From assembly GCA_965216785.1 (NCBI GenBank), contig OZ244197.1, forward strand, positions 2,016,001 to 2,080,000: 64,000 nt of DNA. Reading direction: 5' to 3'. Numbering within the stretch: the first letter of the stretch is position 1; every line of letters starts with the position of its first letter. The notes below the pieces were generated by a model that worked only from the letters and a program-made list of their open reading frames with translations, was not told where the DNA came from and searched no databases. The translations under genes were made by a program, and so were the position numbers. This document shows positions 39,344 to 49,642 of the stretch, one piece after another. The DNA comes from Thermodesulfobacteriota bacterium (GTDB lineage: Bacteria; Desulfobacterota_D; UBA1144; Nemesobacterales; UBA2774).

Positions 39344-39996
39344 TAAATATACAAGATCTTAGTTTTGAATACCCCGGAAGCGGTTTTAAGCTGGATATAT
39401 CGGAGCTCCAGATACCAAAAGGGATTAAAGCCGCGGTCATAGGCCCGAGCGGTTACGGTAAGACTACGTTCTTAAATCTTGTCTCGGGTATATTCACTCC
39501 TTCCAGGGGGAAGGTAGAGATAGATGAAATGGTTATCAGCGCACTCCCGGACGCCGAACGCCGCAGCTTTCGTATATCGAATATCGGGTTTGTGTTCCAA
39601 AACTTTGAGCTTGTCGAGTACTTAACGGTTATTGACAATATTCTTCTTCCCTACCGAATTAACACCTCTCTTAAGCTCACACCCGAAGTAAGGTCCCGGG
39701 CGGAAGAGCTGGGGAATAAAATGGGGCTTGGAGATAAGCTCAGGCGCAATGTGACAAAGCTTTCACAGGGCGAGATGCAAAGGAGTGCGGTTTGCAGAGC
39801 ACTTGTGACAGGACCCGACATACTGCTGGCCGACGAGCCCACGGGGAACCTTGACCCTGAGAATAAGGAGCACACAATGAGGACTCTATTTGATTATTCG
39901 GTAGAGTCAGGGAGCACGCTTATTATGGTTACGCACGACCACGGCTTGCTCGGCGGGTTTGATACAGTAATAGACTTAACGGCTTACGCGAACTGA
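39340..39996 (+). CDS. ABC transporter ATP-binding protein (LolD/MacB-like)
   Basis: GPSGYGKT, IGFVFQNF, LSQGE, LLADEPTGNLD, VTHD. Confidence 0.93.
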   Translation: MINIQDLSFEYPGSGFKLDISELQIPKGIKAAVIGPSGYGKTTFLNLVSGIFTPSRGKVEIDEMVISALPDAERRSFRISNIGFVFQNFELVEYLTVIDNILLPYRINTSLKLTPEVRSRAEELGNKMGLGDKLRRNVTKLSQGEMQRSAVCRALVTGPDILLADEPTGNLDPENKEHTMRTLFDYSVESGSTLIMVTHDHGLLGGFDTVIDLTAYAN

Positions 39997-39998
39997 AT

Positions 39999-41177
39999 AT
40001 GATAGATAGTCTATACCTCGCATGGCAGTACATTCTTAACAACAAGATAAAGACCGTAGTGATGATAGTTTCGGTGACCGTTATTATCTACCTTCCGCTC
40101 GGGCTTAATATCCTTGTTAATCAGAGTGAAGAGCAGCTGCTTAAAAGGGCCTCGTCCACGCCGCTTATCGTTGGGGCCAAGGGAAGCTCGCTTGATCTGG
40201 TCATCAATACACTTTACTTCGAGCCCGCCGAATTTGAAGCGCTCACAATGAGCGCAGTGGACAGGATCGAGCAGAGCGGGCTTGCGGTCCCGGTCCCGAT
40301 GCACGTGCGCTTTAAGGCCCGGGGGTACCCGATAGTAGGAACCGGGCTTGAATATTTTGATTTCAGGGGGCTGGAATTAGAGAAGGGGAGCGGCATAGCT
40401 TTTCTGGGCGACTGCGTCATCGGCTCCACTGTATCTTCAAGACTGGGTTTGAACCCGGGAGACACCATAATTTCCTCACCTGAGACAATGCTCGATATTG
40501 CAGGTGTGTATCCTCTAAAGATGAATATAGTCGGGGTGCTGAGGGAGTCTCACAGCCCTGACGATAGAGCGATCTTCACCGATATGAAGACAGCCTGGGT
40601 AATCCAGGGGCTCGGACACGGACATGAGGACCTCGCTAAGACCGAGGATAAAAGCGTTCTGCTCGGTGTGGAGGACGGTAACTACAAGGCGAACGCGAAG
40701 CTGTATCAATACAATACTGTGTCTGAAGATAATGTAGACGAATTTCATTTCCATGGGGATCGATCGGGCTTTCCGGTTACGGCCGTTATCGCGGTTCCGA
40801 ATAGTGAAAAAGATAAGACCCTTCTTATGGGAAGATATATATCAAGCGCTGAGATGTCGCAAATTGTGCAGCCGGACAAGGTGATCGAAAAACTCCTTGG
40901 CAGCATCTTCAAAATTAAGGGGTTTCTCGATTCGGTATTCGTTATAGTCGCGGTATCCACGGTGCTGCTGCTCGGGCTTGTGGTTATGCTTTCTCTTCGG
41001 CTCAGGAGCCGGGAGATTCAGACCATGTACAGGATGGGCTGCAGCAGGTTTAAAGTAGCTGAGCTGCTGGGGTTTGAGATCGGCATCATATTAGTCGTAA
41101 GTATAATTTTTTCAGCGATTTTAATGATCGCTACTATGAGGTATGTATCCGAGTTTATTAAAGTTTTTATCGTTTAG
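39999..41177 (+). CDS. FtsX/MacB-type ABC permease with His-rich periplasmic domain
   Basis: 1+3 TM layout, IVGAKGS, GLGHGH, FHFHGD. Confidence 0.85.
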   Translation: MIDSLYLAWQYILNNKIKTVVMIVSVTVIIYLPLGLNILVNQSEEQLLKRASSTPLIVGAKGSSLDLVINTLYFEPAEFEALTMSAVDRIEQSGLAVPVPMHVRFKARGYPIVGTGLEYFDFRGLELEKGSGIAFLGDCVIGSTVSSRLGLNPGDTIISSPETMLDIAGVYPLKMNIVGVLRESHSPDDRAIFTDMKTAWVIQGLGHGHEDLAKTEDKSVLLGVEDGNYKANAKLYQYNTVSEDNVDEFHFHGDRSGFPVTAVIAVPNSEKDKTLLMGRYISSAEMSQIVQPDKVIEKLLGSIFKIKGFLDSVFVIVAVSTVLLLGLVVMLSLRLRSREIQTMYRMGCSRFKVAELLGFEIGIILVVSIIFSAILMIATMRYVSEFIKVFIV

Positions 41178-41251
41178 TCTCAATCGAGACGGTCCTTAAT
41201 AATTCACCGCCTTTGGTGTAGCGCTTCTAATAGCGCATTCCCCTCTCAAAT

Positions 41252-44209
41252 CTACTTGTTAAGCGCGTCCCAGAGGACTTCCGCCGGGTGGTAGGCTCTA
41301 CGCTGGGCGCCGTCTTTAATCTGGTGGCGGCAGCTGGTGCCCGGGGCGACCACTATCGTATCCTCGCCGTGTTTTCTGACCGTGGGTAGGAGCACGAGCT
41401 CGCCGACCTTCATAGAGACGTCGAAATGCTCGCTCTCGTATCCGAACGAACCCGCCATACCGCAGCAGCCCGAGGGTATTAGCTCTACGCTGTAGTTCTC
41501 GGGGATGGACATCATCTTCTTTGAGTGATCGAGGGTGGAGAGCGCCTTTTGCTGGCAATGGCCGTGGAAGATGAGCTTTCTCTCTTCTTTGGTAAAGCTG
41601 TCTTTGGTAATATTCCCCTTATCTATTTCCCTTGAAATAAACTCGTCAATCAAAAATACGTTCGGGGCGATATTCTTCGACGCCTCTTTCACGTCGCTGT
41701 CCGCAAGGTCAGGGTACTCGTCCCTGAAGCTGAGGACCGCCGAGGGCTCAATGCCCACAAGAGGGGTATCTTCGGTAATTAGATTTTTGAAAATACGGAG
41801 GTTATTGTTCGCGATCACTTTGGCCTCGCGGAGAAGCCCTTTTGATATGTGGGCGCGTCCGCTCTCGTCGTGCTCGACGACTTGCGGATAGTAACCTAAC
41901 TTATCCAGGAGCTTTATCATCGTTATGCCGATTTCCGCGTCCAGATAGTTTGTGAACTCGTCGCAGAACACGTAAACCTTGCCGTTTTTGCCTTCTTGCA
42001 GAGTGCCTTTATTTTTTTTATACCAGTCCCTTACGGTCTGAATGGAGAGGGGAGGGACAGAGCGCTTTAGCGCAAATCCGGTCAATTTCTTAATAATGGG
42101 CGCCGTGACGGAATTTGAGAACATGAAGTTATAGGCCTGGGGGAAGACTGAGTTTAGCTTTGCGAATTTATTAAAGTTCGCGATCATACGCGAGCGCATG
42201 GGCACACCGTGCTTATCGTAATAATGCTGATAGAACTCTGTTTTTAGCTTTGCAATGTCAACGTCCGAAGGGCACTCGGACTTACAGCCCTTGCATGAGA
42301 GGCAGAGGTCGAGCACATCATGGATTTCCTCGTTCTCAAAGGGCTTCGGATCGTTTGAGCGTGTAAATATTTCACGCAGCATATTAGCGCGGGCCCTGGT
42401 GATATGTCTTTCGTCGCGCGTAGCCATATAGGAAGGGCACATCGTGCCGCCGGCGTGCTCGGTTTTCCGGCACTCCGCTGTGCCGATACACCTCTCGGCG
42501 TGTCCTACGAACCCTTCACTGCCCCAGTCAAAAACCGTATCGAATGTCGGGTAATGGGTGTCTGCGTCGTAGCGAAGGTTAGTATTGTTTCTGGGAGCGT
42601 CGACTATAGTTGTCGGATTGAAAATGTCCTCGGGGTCCCAGGTGTATTTTAAATCCTTCATGAGCCCGTAGATTGTGGAGCCAAGCATGAACTCTATGAA
42701 CTCTCCTCTTAGCCATCCCGTGCCGTGCTCGCCCGAAAGGAATCCTTTATATTTCTTCACAATAGCCGCTGTGTCCCGCGTGATGTTCCTGAATAGCTCT
42801 CTTCCCCCCTCGGTTTTTGTGTTGAAATACGGGGTGATGTGAAGCTCGCCCGCGCTTGCGTGAGCGTAGTACATCACGTGCAGATTGTTTTTTTTCAGGA
42901 GCGCGTCTACTTCGGCGATAAATTCCGGCAGGTCCTCAATGTCCACAGCGCAGTCGTCAATGTTAGTTGCGGGCTTTTCGTCGCCCTCAACGTTTGAGGC
43001 TACACCGAGAGCAGCGTTACGGAGGTGCCACACGTGGTCCACATCGCACGAGTCGACGATGGGAAAATGGTATCCGTACCCCGTCTTCTTTACGTCGTCT
43101 ATTATCTCTTGGGCCGCGGCCCTTGCTTCTTTTTCCGTATCCTTTGTTACTTCAATCAAAAGCACCGCGCCGGGCTTGTCCTTTACGAAAAATAGCTCGT
43201 CCCGCAGCAGCGCGTTTTCCCTGGCGCACTCGATCGTATAGTCGTCTATAAGCTCGCAGGAAGTTATATCGTGCTTACACACTGTTATATTGGCCCTTAG
43301 AGAATCATCGAGGGTCTTGAAATTGATGCACGCGAGGTTTCTGTACGCAGGAGGGTGGGGCACGGCTTTAACCTTTAGCTCATAGATAAATACGAGCGTT
43401 CCCGCCGAGCCCGCGATGAGCTTACAGAAATTAAACGGCTCGCCCCCCTTGGTGAAGGGCTCCATCCTGGACATCTCATCGAGCGCGTAGCCGGTGTTGC
43501 GTCTGTATATACACTCTTTCGGAAAATTCTCGTTAATAGCGTCTATGTTTTTCTTATCCGACAGCATGTCGTTAATCTGACGGTATAGCTTTGTCTCTAG
43601 AAGGCTCTCATCGCCACCGCACTTGGCCTTAAACTCCTCGGGGGTGAGCTCGCCGAAGGTGACTTCGGTGCCGTCGGCCAAAAAGCCCTTAACTTCGAGC
43701 AGGTGCCTTCGGCTGTCACGGTATACGACGGAGTTTGCGCCGCATGAGTTGTTGCCCATCATGCCGCCTATCATAGCGCGGTTCTGGGTGGAGGTCTCCG
43801 GGCCGAAAAACAGGCCGTGAGGATCCAGCACTTCATTCAGCTCGTTCCTGATTACTCCCGGCTGAAGTGCTACCCAGCCCTCATCCTTATTTATCTCGAG
43901 CACTTTGTTCATGTAGCGCCCGACGTCTACAACTAGGCCCTGACCGATGGGCTGGCCGGAGAGCGAAGTGCCCGCGGCCCTCGGTGTAATGGGCACTTTG
44001 TTGTCCCTTGCGAACTCGACTATGCGCCTTATATCCTCAGAGTCTCTAGGAAGGGCTACCGCCTGGGGGAATACCCGGTAGGAAGAGGCGTCAGTCGCAT
44101 ACAGAGTCCTCATTCCGTGGTCGTAGAACAGATCGCCTTTCAGTTCTGCTTTTAATTCATCCCATTTATCAGTGCTTATAGTTCTCTGGTTATTAGAATT
44201 AGCGCTCAT
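41252..44209 (-). CDS. FAD-binding/(Fe-S) oxidoreductase (YdiJ/GlcD-GlcF fusion type)
   Basis: YATDAS, RAAGTSLSGQ, GEHG, CIGTAEC, CLSCKGCKSECP, HGHCQQ, CCGMAGSFGY. Confidence 0.92.
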   Translation of the reverse strand: MSANSNNQRTISTDKWDELKAELKGDLFYDHGMRTLYATDASSYRVFPQAVALPRDSEDIRRIVEFARDNKVPITPRAAGTSLSGQPIGQGLVVDVGRYMNKVLEINKDEGWVALQPGVIRNELNEVLDPHGLFFGPETSTQNRAMIGGMMGNNSCGANSVVYRDSRRHLLEVKGFLADGTEVTFGELTPEEFKAKCGGDESLLETKLYRQINDMLSDKKNIDAINENFPKECIYRRNTGYALDEMSRMEPFTKGGEPFNFCKLIAGSAGTLVFIYELKVKAVPHPPAYRNLACINFKTLDDSLRANITVCKHDITSCELIDDYTIECARENALLRDELFFVKDKPGAVLLIEVTKDTEKEARAAAQEIIDDVKKTGYGYHFPIVDSCDVDHVWHLRNAALGVASNVEGDEKPATNIDDCAVDIEDLPEFIAEVDALLKKNNLHVMYYAHASAGELHITPYFNTKTEGGRELFRNITRDTAAIVKKYKGFLSGEHGTGWLRGEFIEFMLGSTIYGLMKDLKYTWDPEDIFNPTTIVDAPRNNTNLRYDADTHYPTFDTVFDWGSEGFVGHAERCIGTAECRKTEHAGGTMCPSYMATRDERHITRARANMLREIFTRSNDPKPFENEEIHDVLDLCLSCKGCKSECPSDVDIAKLKTEFYQHYYDKHGVPMRSRMIANFNKFAKLNSVFPQAYNFMFSNSVTAPIIKKLTGFALKRSVPPLSIQTVRDWYKKNKGTLQEGKNGKVYVFCDEFTNYLDAEIGITMIKLLDKLGYYPQVVEHDESGRAHISKGLLREAKVIANNNLRIFKNLITEDTPLVGIEPSAVLSFRDEYPDLADSDVKEASKNIAPNVFLIDEFISREIDKGNITKDSFTKEERKLIFHGHCQQKALSTLDHSKKMMSIPENYSVELIPSGCCGMAGSFGYESEHFDVSMKVGELVLLPTVRKHGEDTIVVAPGTSCRHQIKDGAQRRAYHPAEVLWDALNK

Positions 44210-44439
44210 TGTAAAATATGGATCCTCCTAAGCTATTTATACACTTTTTTTAGTTTCCGTACAACATTTAAAGTTAAGGCTTTATATACACCGGGCTCAG
44301 TCTTTATAAATAATGTGATACTGTGCTTTCCATAAGGTTGCTTATTGGTCCTGCCGCCTTGCTTTCCTGGCGCTAATACGTGAAAATAGCTGTAGCTTCC
44401 AAGTTGAGATCAAACAGGGAGCTTGCGGGATAGATCGCT

Positions 44440-45225
44440 ATGAATCTTATAGAGATATTTTCATTTATTGTGGTACTGGGAGCCGCCGTAGCAGGGGGGT
44501 TTTATCCTCTGACGAGAAGAGAGTCCGCAAGGAGCGACGAGGGGTTCCCGTACGGTGAGGCCTTTACGGCGGGGGTGTTCCTGGCGCTCGCGCTTGTAAT
44601 CATGCTCCCCGCGGGCCTGCACCTTTTCGAGAAGGTGTATCCGCAGGAAGTGCTTCCTGTTGCCGTGATAATCGCGATCGCCGCATTTCTGATACTCCTC
44701 GGGATAGAGCACGCGGCGGTTAAGTCCAGGCTCAAAGCGGGTGCGGGCGGGCTTACGCCGGCGTCGATCCCTGTAATAATGACTATCATGATCGCAATAC
44801 CCTCTTTTCTACTCGGTACCGCGATTAGCCTGAGCCAGACTGAGACCGCTCTTTTTATCCTGGCGGCGGTGCTGGCGCACAAGAGCTCTGCGGGGTTCGG
44901 ACTTGCGCTCTCTATGGTGAGGAGCAAACTCACGGTCAATCAAACTTATATTCTCTATGGAGTGTTCGCTCTATCGACCCCGGTCGGCATTCTAGCGGGC
45001 GCGGACGCCAAGCACTTTTTGAGCGGGGAGAGCCTTGTCGTAGTAAAAGCTTTTACACTGTCGATCGCGGCAGGGGTGTTCCTTTATTTGGCAACGCTCC
45101 ATGAGTTCTCAAACGCGCCTTTCATACGGCACTGCTCAACACCAAGGGCTTTTCTGGTTATGCTCGCGGGACTCCTGCTTACAGTGTGCGTGAAAGTAAT
45201 ACTAGAGCTCGGTCACGCCGGGTGA
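44440..45225 (+). CDS. ZIP-family metal transporter
   Basis: AGVFL, LAHK, STPVG, AAGVFLY; about 8 TM helices. Confidence 0.8.
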   Translation: MNLIEIFSFIVVLGAAVAGGFYPLTRRESARSDEGFPYGEAFTAGVFLALALVIMLPAGLHLFEKVYPQEVLPVAVIIAIAAFLILLGIEHAAVKSRLKAGAGGLTPASIPVIMTIMIAIPSFLLGTAISLSQTETALFILAAVLAHKSSAGFGLALSMVRSKLTVNQTYILYGVFALSTPVGILAGADAKHFLSGESLVVVKAFTLSIAAGVFLYLATLHEFSNAPFIRHCSTPRAFLVMLAGLLLTVCVKVILELGHAG

Positions 45226-45456
45226 ATTTTTCCTTCGGGGCTTGGACTACGGGCCAGCCTACGCGCCTGAATCTCCTTTATTTACGGGTTTAATCTTACA
45301 AATAAGTGCTTTTTGACTCGTAATGTTTGTAATATGACCAAAATTTTCCCCGATATTTCAAGGCTGTGACAAGAATTGTCGACGCGCAGCGTTATGACGT
45401 TCGTTTGCGTGCAAATAATGTAGTAAAGAGAGCTACTTAGCAATATTTGACCCGTA

Positions 45457-45472
45457 TGGCATGGGATTTGCA
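45457..45472 (+). promoter_or_regulatory. sigma54 promoter
   Basis: TGGCATGGGATTTGCA (GG-N10-GC); implies the kinase starts downstream of 45447. Confidence 0.65.
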
Positions 45473-45524
45473 CAATTTAAAGGTTAGGGAATATTGTATT
45501 TTTCATGCTCCCCGTACGGTCAAT

Positions 45525-48500
45525 ATGGAAACTGATACACTAAATGACAGAGCGAAGCACTCAGGGTTTCTGAGGTTGCTATTCATTGCTGTTACTACCC
45601 TCAGCCTTGGGATAGCCGTGTTTAGCGTTGCGGCAGGGGTTTTCGGGTTTCTTCCGCAGGCTGCGCACTCGAGTATATCCGCGATAACGGCTGCCACGGT
45701 ATCCACGGCCTTTATCAGCGCGATTCTATGCCTGGCGCATAGCTCGATCGAAAGAAACGTATTTACGCGCGTTTTGGGGGCTTCTTTATTAAGCGCGGCG
45801 GTCATGGGTGTATTCACGCTGTTTATCGCCGGGGGAGTAACCGTGAGCGGGGCTTCGGAGCAGGCCTACACCATTTCTATCCCAGTCGCTCGGCTTTTTC
45901 CCGCCTTGGTATTGATTCTCGGGGCAGTGCTTGTACTTAGAAACCACATAACCGACAAAAAGCTTCGAGACGACGGTTTGTTCAAAGTCGCGGCCTCTGT
46001 TATTGTGGCGTTAGGAATAGCCGCGATTTACATTTTCTCCAATACCTCTTATGCGACAAACGCAATAGAGGGCTCATTTTGGAGAGCTATCCCATTTACC
46101 GCCACTGTTCTGGCGGCAGCTGCCGCTGGCTGGTACGGAAGGCGTGACAGGTCTATTTTCTACTATGTTCTTCTATTGAGCCTTGTGCCTCTGTTGTGCT
46201 CGGATGCGCTATTGGCTTTTGGATATTATCTGCCTTCCGCATATCTGCTTAGAGCTTTAGCGTTCTTAGTGCCTGTCCCCGCGCTCGCAGTCTTGTATTC
46301 AAACAACCTCAAGGGTCTCGGTACACTTGAGAAATCTCTTAGGAGTAAAGAGGCGGCGCATGAGAAAGCTATGGGTCAAAGTGCTAAGGCTATCGAAAAT
46401 CTTAACGAGGAAATATCGAGGTTGAAAGAGGACGAGGAGATCTTCAAAGCGCTCTCCGGGGGATTGAACGCTGGAGCTTATATAGCTCAGGGAGACAGAA
46501 TCGTATATGCAAATAAAGGACTCGAACGGCTCACCGCTACGGCGCAGGAAGAGCTTTTGGGTGCGAAAATCACTGATCTTATAGATCCTTCGGACCGTCA
46601 TAATGTGGCTGAGAAGTCGGCGCAGATGCTCAAAGGTGAGCGGGTAAAACCCTACAGATACAGGATAAAAACCTCAAACGGCATCCCCGCGTGGGTGTCG
46701 GAGACGGTTACAAAGATCGTCTACGGGGACGGGGAAGCCGTTTTAGGAACTCTTACGGATATTACAGATACGCGCCGCGTGGAGGAGATGCTCGGAACAC
46801 TTTCGAATAGCTCTCAAATGGGTATATACATAGTAAAGGACAATCAGCTGAAGTTCGTAAACTCACAGTACTGCGACTACACGGGCTACAGCGAAGAGGA
46901 GCTTCTGGGCTCTTCGCCTGAGAGTTATATACACGCCGGGGACAAGCAGGAAGCCGCCGCTAATATGAGTCGTATGCTTCAAAACAACGATACTTCCCCT
47001 TACGAATACAGGCTTGCGAGAAAGGACGGCGAGCTAAGGTGGGTAATGGAAACCGTCAAAAAGATCAAGTTTATGGACGGTCCCGCCGTGCTCGTGACGG
47101 TTTCGGACATAACCGACCGCAGAAGGGTGGAAGCGATGTTAAGGACACTTTCCAACAGCTCACCGATCGGAATATATATACTACAGGGAGGGGAATATAA
47201 ATTCGTAAATCCGGAGTTCCAAAAATACCTCGGCTATACGGAAGAGGAGCTTACCGGTAGCGCTTCGCTCACTCACGTTTATGTAGAGGATAGAGATAAA
47301 GCCGAGAAATCCGCTTCGCGTATGCTCGTGGGTGAGAATACCAACCCCTATCACTACAGAATGGTAAGGAGCGACGGTAGCCTGATGTGGGTGATGGAGG
47401 TAGTAAGGTCTATTCAGTACCAGGGGGACTCTGCGGTGCTTGGGACCGTGATGGACATATCTGAGAGAATTCAGGCCGAGGAGCTGTTCGAGACACTTTC
47501 TGAAGGCTCGCCGATCGGCGTATACATACTCCAGGACAAAAAGTTCCGGTTTATTAACCCCGAGCTCGAGAGGTTTCTAGGGTACAAGAGCGAGGAGCTT
47601 GTGGACACGAACCAGTGGAAGCTCGTCTACGCGCAGGACCGCTCGGACGTAAGGGAAAACAGCAGGCTCATGCTCAAAGGTGAGAGGCACAATCCCTACG
47701 AATACCGAATTATTACAAAAGAAGGCCACATTAAGTGGGTGATGGAAACAGTCACTTCTATACAGTACAGGGGCAGGCGCGCGATACTGGGGAGCTTCAT
47801 GGATATAACAGAGCGAAAAAAATCCGAAGTAGAGCTGTATCAGGCCAAGGAAGCGGCTGAGGCCGCTAACCTGGCGAAGTCTGAATTTTTGGCTAACATG
47901 AGCCATGAGGTAAGGACGCCGCTTAACGCGATAGTCGGCATGACGGAGCTTACGCTTGAGACAGAGCTCTCCGGTGAGCAGAAAGAGACTTTGAGGGTGA
48001 TCCAGAGCTCATCTGAATCGCTTCTGGGGCTAATAAACGATATTCTCGATTTCTCCAGGATAGAAGCGGGGCAGATGGAGATAGAAAAGAGCGATATGAG
48101 CCTGAGGCGGCTAGTCGAGGACGTTGCCGAATCTCAGTCCCTAAGAGCGTTTAACAAGGGTATAGAGCTCCTTTGCTATATCGATGATAAAGTGCCAGAT
48201 ATTCTAAATGGTGATTCTACGAGAATAATGCAAGTGCTTGTGAACCTTGTAGTAAACGCGATAAAGTTTACAGACGCAGGTGAGGTGGTTATCAATGTCT
48301 CGATGGTGGACGAAGGGACGCTGGGCAGAAAAGAGCTTTGTTTCAGCGTATCGGACACGGGTATCGGCGTACCTAAGGATCATAGGGAAAAGATCTTCGA
48401 GAAATTTACACAGGTGGACAGCTCTACAAAGAGAACGGTGGGGGGCGTGGGTCTAGGACTAAGCATATCTAAATCGCTTGTGGACCTTATGGGTGGCCGG

Positions 48501-49484
48501 ATTTGGTATGAGAGCCGTGAAGAGGGCGGATCGAAGTTCAGTTTTACGCTGCCGTGGGGCTATGTATCGGAAGACCCGGACCAGAGCAGGGGGTATGATG
48601 AAAGATTTAAAGGTAAGCTCGCTTTGATTGTGGAAGTTAACAAATCGAGCAGGGAAATATTGCAGAAATTAATTGCCCGCACGGGGCTGCAGGTTCAACT
48701 TGCCCCCGGTGCGAAAGCCGCGCTTAATATGCTGAAAAATACTGACGTCACTCCAGATGTGGTGCTGCTTGACTACGCCACCAGGGACTCAGGCGGTATT
48801 GAGCTTGCGGATTATGTGAAGAGCGGGCCGGGTCTATCAGATACAAAATTGATACTGCTCTCACCCCTTGGAACTGTGAGCATAGAAGAGCTTAAGAAGC
48901 CCAAGATAGACGATTTTATTGTAAAGCCCGTCCGGGCCGCCAGGCTGAGGAGTGCGCTCGAGGCCCAGCTGTTCGGAGAGGGGGTTGATGAAAACGGCGG
49001 GCCGGCGAATGTTGAGGAAGTGGTTGATGCCGAGGCCGAGAACGTAAACGGCACGGTAGAGAATGTCCCCACAATACTGGTAGTTGACGATACGGACGAC
49101 AATAAGAAACTGGTAAAAAGGATGCTCGAGCTCGGGGGCTATGCGGTTGACCTGGCAGGGAGCGGTGAGGAGAGTATTACCGCCGTATGCAGGAAGGACT
49201 ACGATCTGATATTGATGGACCTGCAGATGCCCGTGATGGACGGCTTTGAGGCTACAAAAGCGATAAGGACATCGGAGAACGGCAAGCACAGGACTCCGAT
49301 CATCGCTGTTACCGCGCACGCGATCGCGGGGTACAGGGAGAAGTGCCTTGAGAACGACATGGACGACTACATTACAAAGCCCTTGAGGAAAAAGGAGCTT
49401 TTGGATATGGTCGGGAAATGGGTAGGCGAGAAGGATGAAAGACCCGCTCAAAATGTGAGCCCAGGCATGGACGCCGTGCATTAG
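45525..49484 (+). CDS. Membrane-bound hybrid histidine kinase: multi-TM input, 4 PAS, HisKA/HATPase, 2 REC
   Basis: FLANMSHEVRTPLN, NAIKFT, DTGIG, GLGLSIS, LMDLQMPVMDG; four tandem PAS/PAC repeats. Confidence 0.93.
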   Translation: METDTLNDRAKHSGFLRLLFIAVTTLSLGIAVFSVAAGVFGFLPQAAHSSISAITAATVSTAFISAILCLAHSSIERNVFTRVLGASLLSAAVMGVFTLFIAGGVTVSGASEQAYTISIPVARLFPALVLILGAVLVLRNHITDKKLRDDGLFKVAASVIVALGIAAIYIFSNTSYATNAIEGSFWRAIPFTATVLAAAAAGWYGRRDRSIFYYVLLLSLVPLLCSDALLAFGYYLPSAYLLRALAFLVPVPALAVLYSNNLKGLGTLEKSLRSKEAAHEKAMGQSAKAIENLNEEISRLKEDEEIFKALSGGLNAGAYIAQGDRIVYANKGLERLTATAQEELLGAKITDLIDPSDRHNVAEKSAQMLKGERVKPYRYRIKTSNGIPAWVSETVTKIVYGDGEAVLGTLTDITDTRRVEEMLGTLSNSSQMGIYIVKDNQLKFVNSQYCDYTGYSEEELLGSSPESYIHAGDKQEAAANMSRMLQNNDTSPYEYRLARKDGELRWVMETVKKIKFMDGPAVLVTVSDITDRRRVEAMLRTLSNSSPIGIYILQGGEYKFVNPEFQKYLGYTEEELTGSASLTHVYVEDRDKAEKSASRMLVGENTNPYHYRMVRSDGSLMWVMEVVRSIQYQGDSAVLGTVMDISERIQAEELFETLSEGSPIGVYILQDKKFRFINPELERFLGYKSEELVDTNQWKLVYAQDRSDVRENSRLMLKGERHNPYEYRIITKEGHIKWVMETVTSIQYRGRRAILGSFMDITERKKSEVELYQAKEAAEAANLAKSEFLANMSHEVRTPLNAIVGMTELTLETELSGEQKETLRVIQSSSESLLGLINDILDFSRIEAGQMEIEKSDMSLRRLVEDVAESQSLRAFNKGIELLCYIDDKVPDILNGDSTRIMQVLVNLVVNAIKFTDAGEVVINVSMVDEGTLGRKELCFSVSDTGIGVPKDHREKIFEKFTQVDSSTKRTVGGVGLGLSISKSLVDLMGGRIWYESREEGGSKFSFTLPWGYVSEDPDQSRGYDERFKGKLALIVEVNKSSREILQKLIARTGLQVQLAPGAKAALNMLKNTDVTPDVVLLDYATRDSGGIELADYVKSGPGLSDTKLILLSPLGTVSIEELKKPKIDDFIVKPVRAARLRSALEAQLFGEGVDENGGPANVEEVVDAEAENVNGTVENVPTILVVDDTDDNKKLVKRMLELGGYAVDLAGSGEESITAVCRKDYDLILMDLQMPVMDGFEATKAIRTSENGKHRTPIIAVTAHAIAGYREKCLENDMDDYITKPLRKKELLDMVGKWVGEKDERPAQNVSPGMDAVH

Positions 49485-49642
49485 TCATAATTCAATATGA
49501 ATTTTATTCACCCGCTTTTTACTCCAGACAAATTTTCGTAATACTTCAGAGCTTAATGTGCCCTATCCCCTTGGGCATGGTTGAAATTACGTATAGAATA
49601 TTTGCGGACTACATCTAACAGATTCGGGGGGGACCATAAGAG

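Noticed and set aside
28921-41250. Integrative element at tRNA-Asp
   Set aside because: No integrase or duplicated tRNA 3' end was found; treated as an accessory locus only.
44210-44439. Metal riboswitch upstream of the ZIP transporter
   Set aside because: Only a weak stem is visible, and no yybP-ykoY or NiCo consensus could be recognised by eye; an Rfam cmscan would settle it.
45447-45524. ORF-track start of the hybrid kinase at 45447
   Set aside because: It overlaps a sigma54 promoter; ATG 45525 is more plausible.
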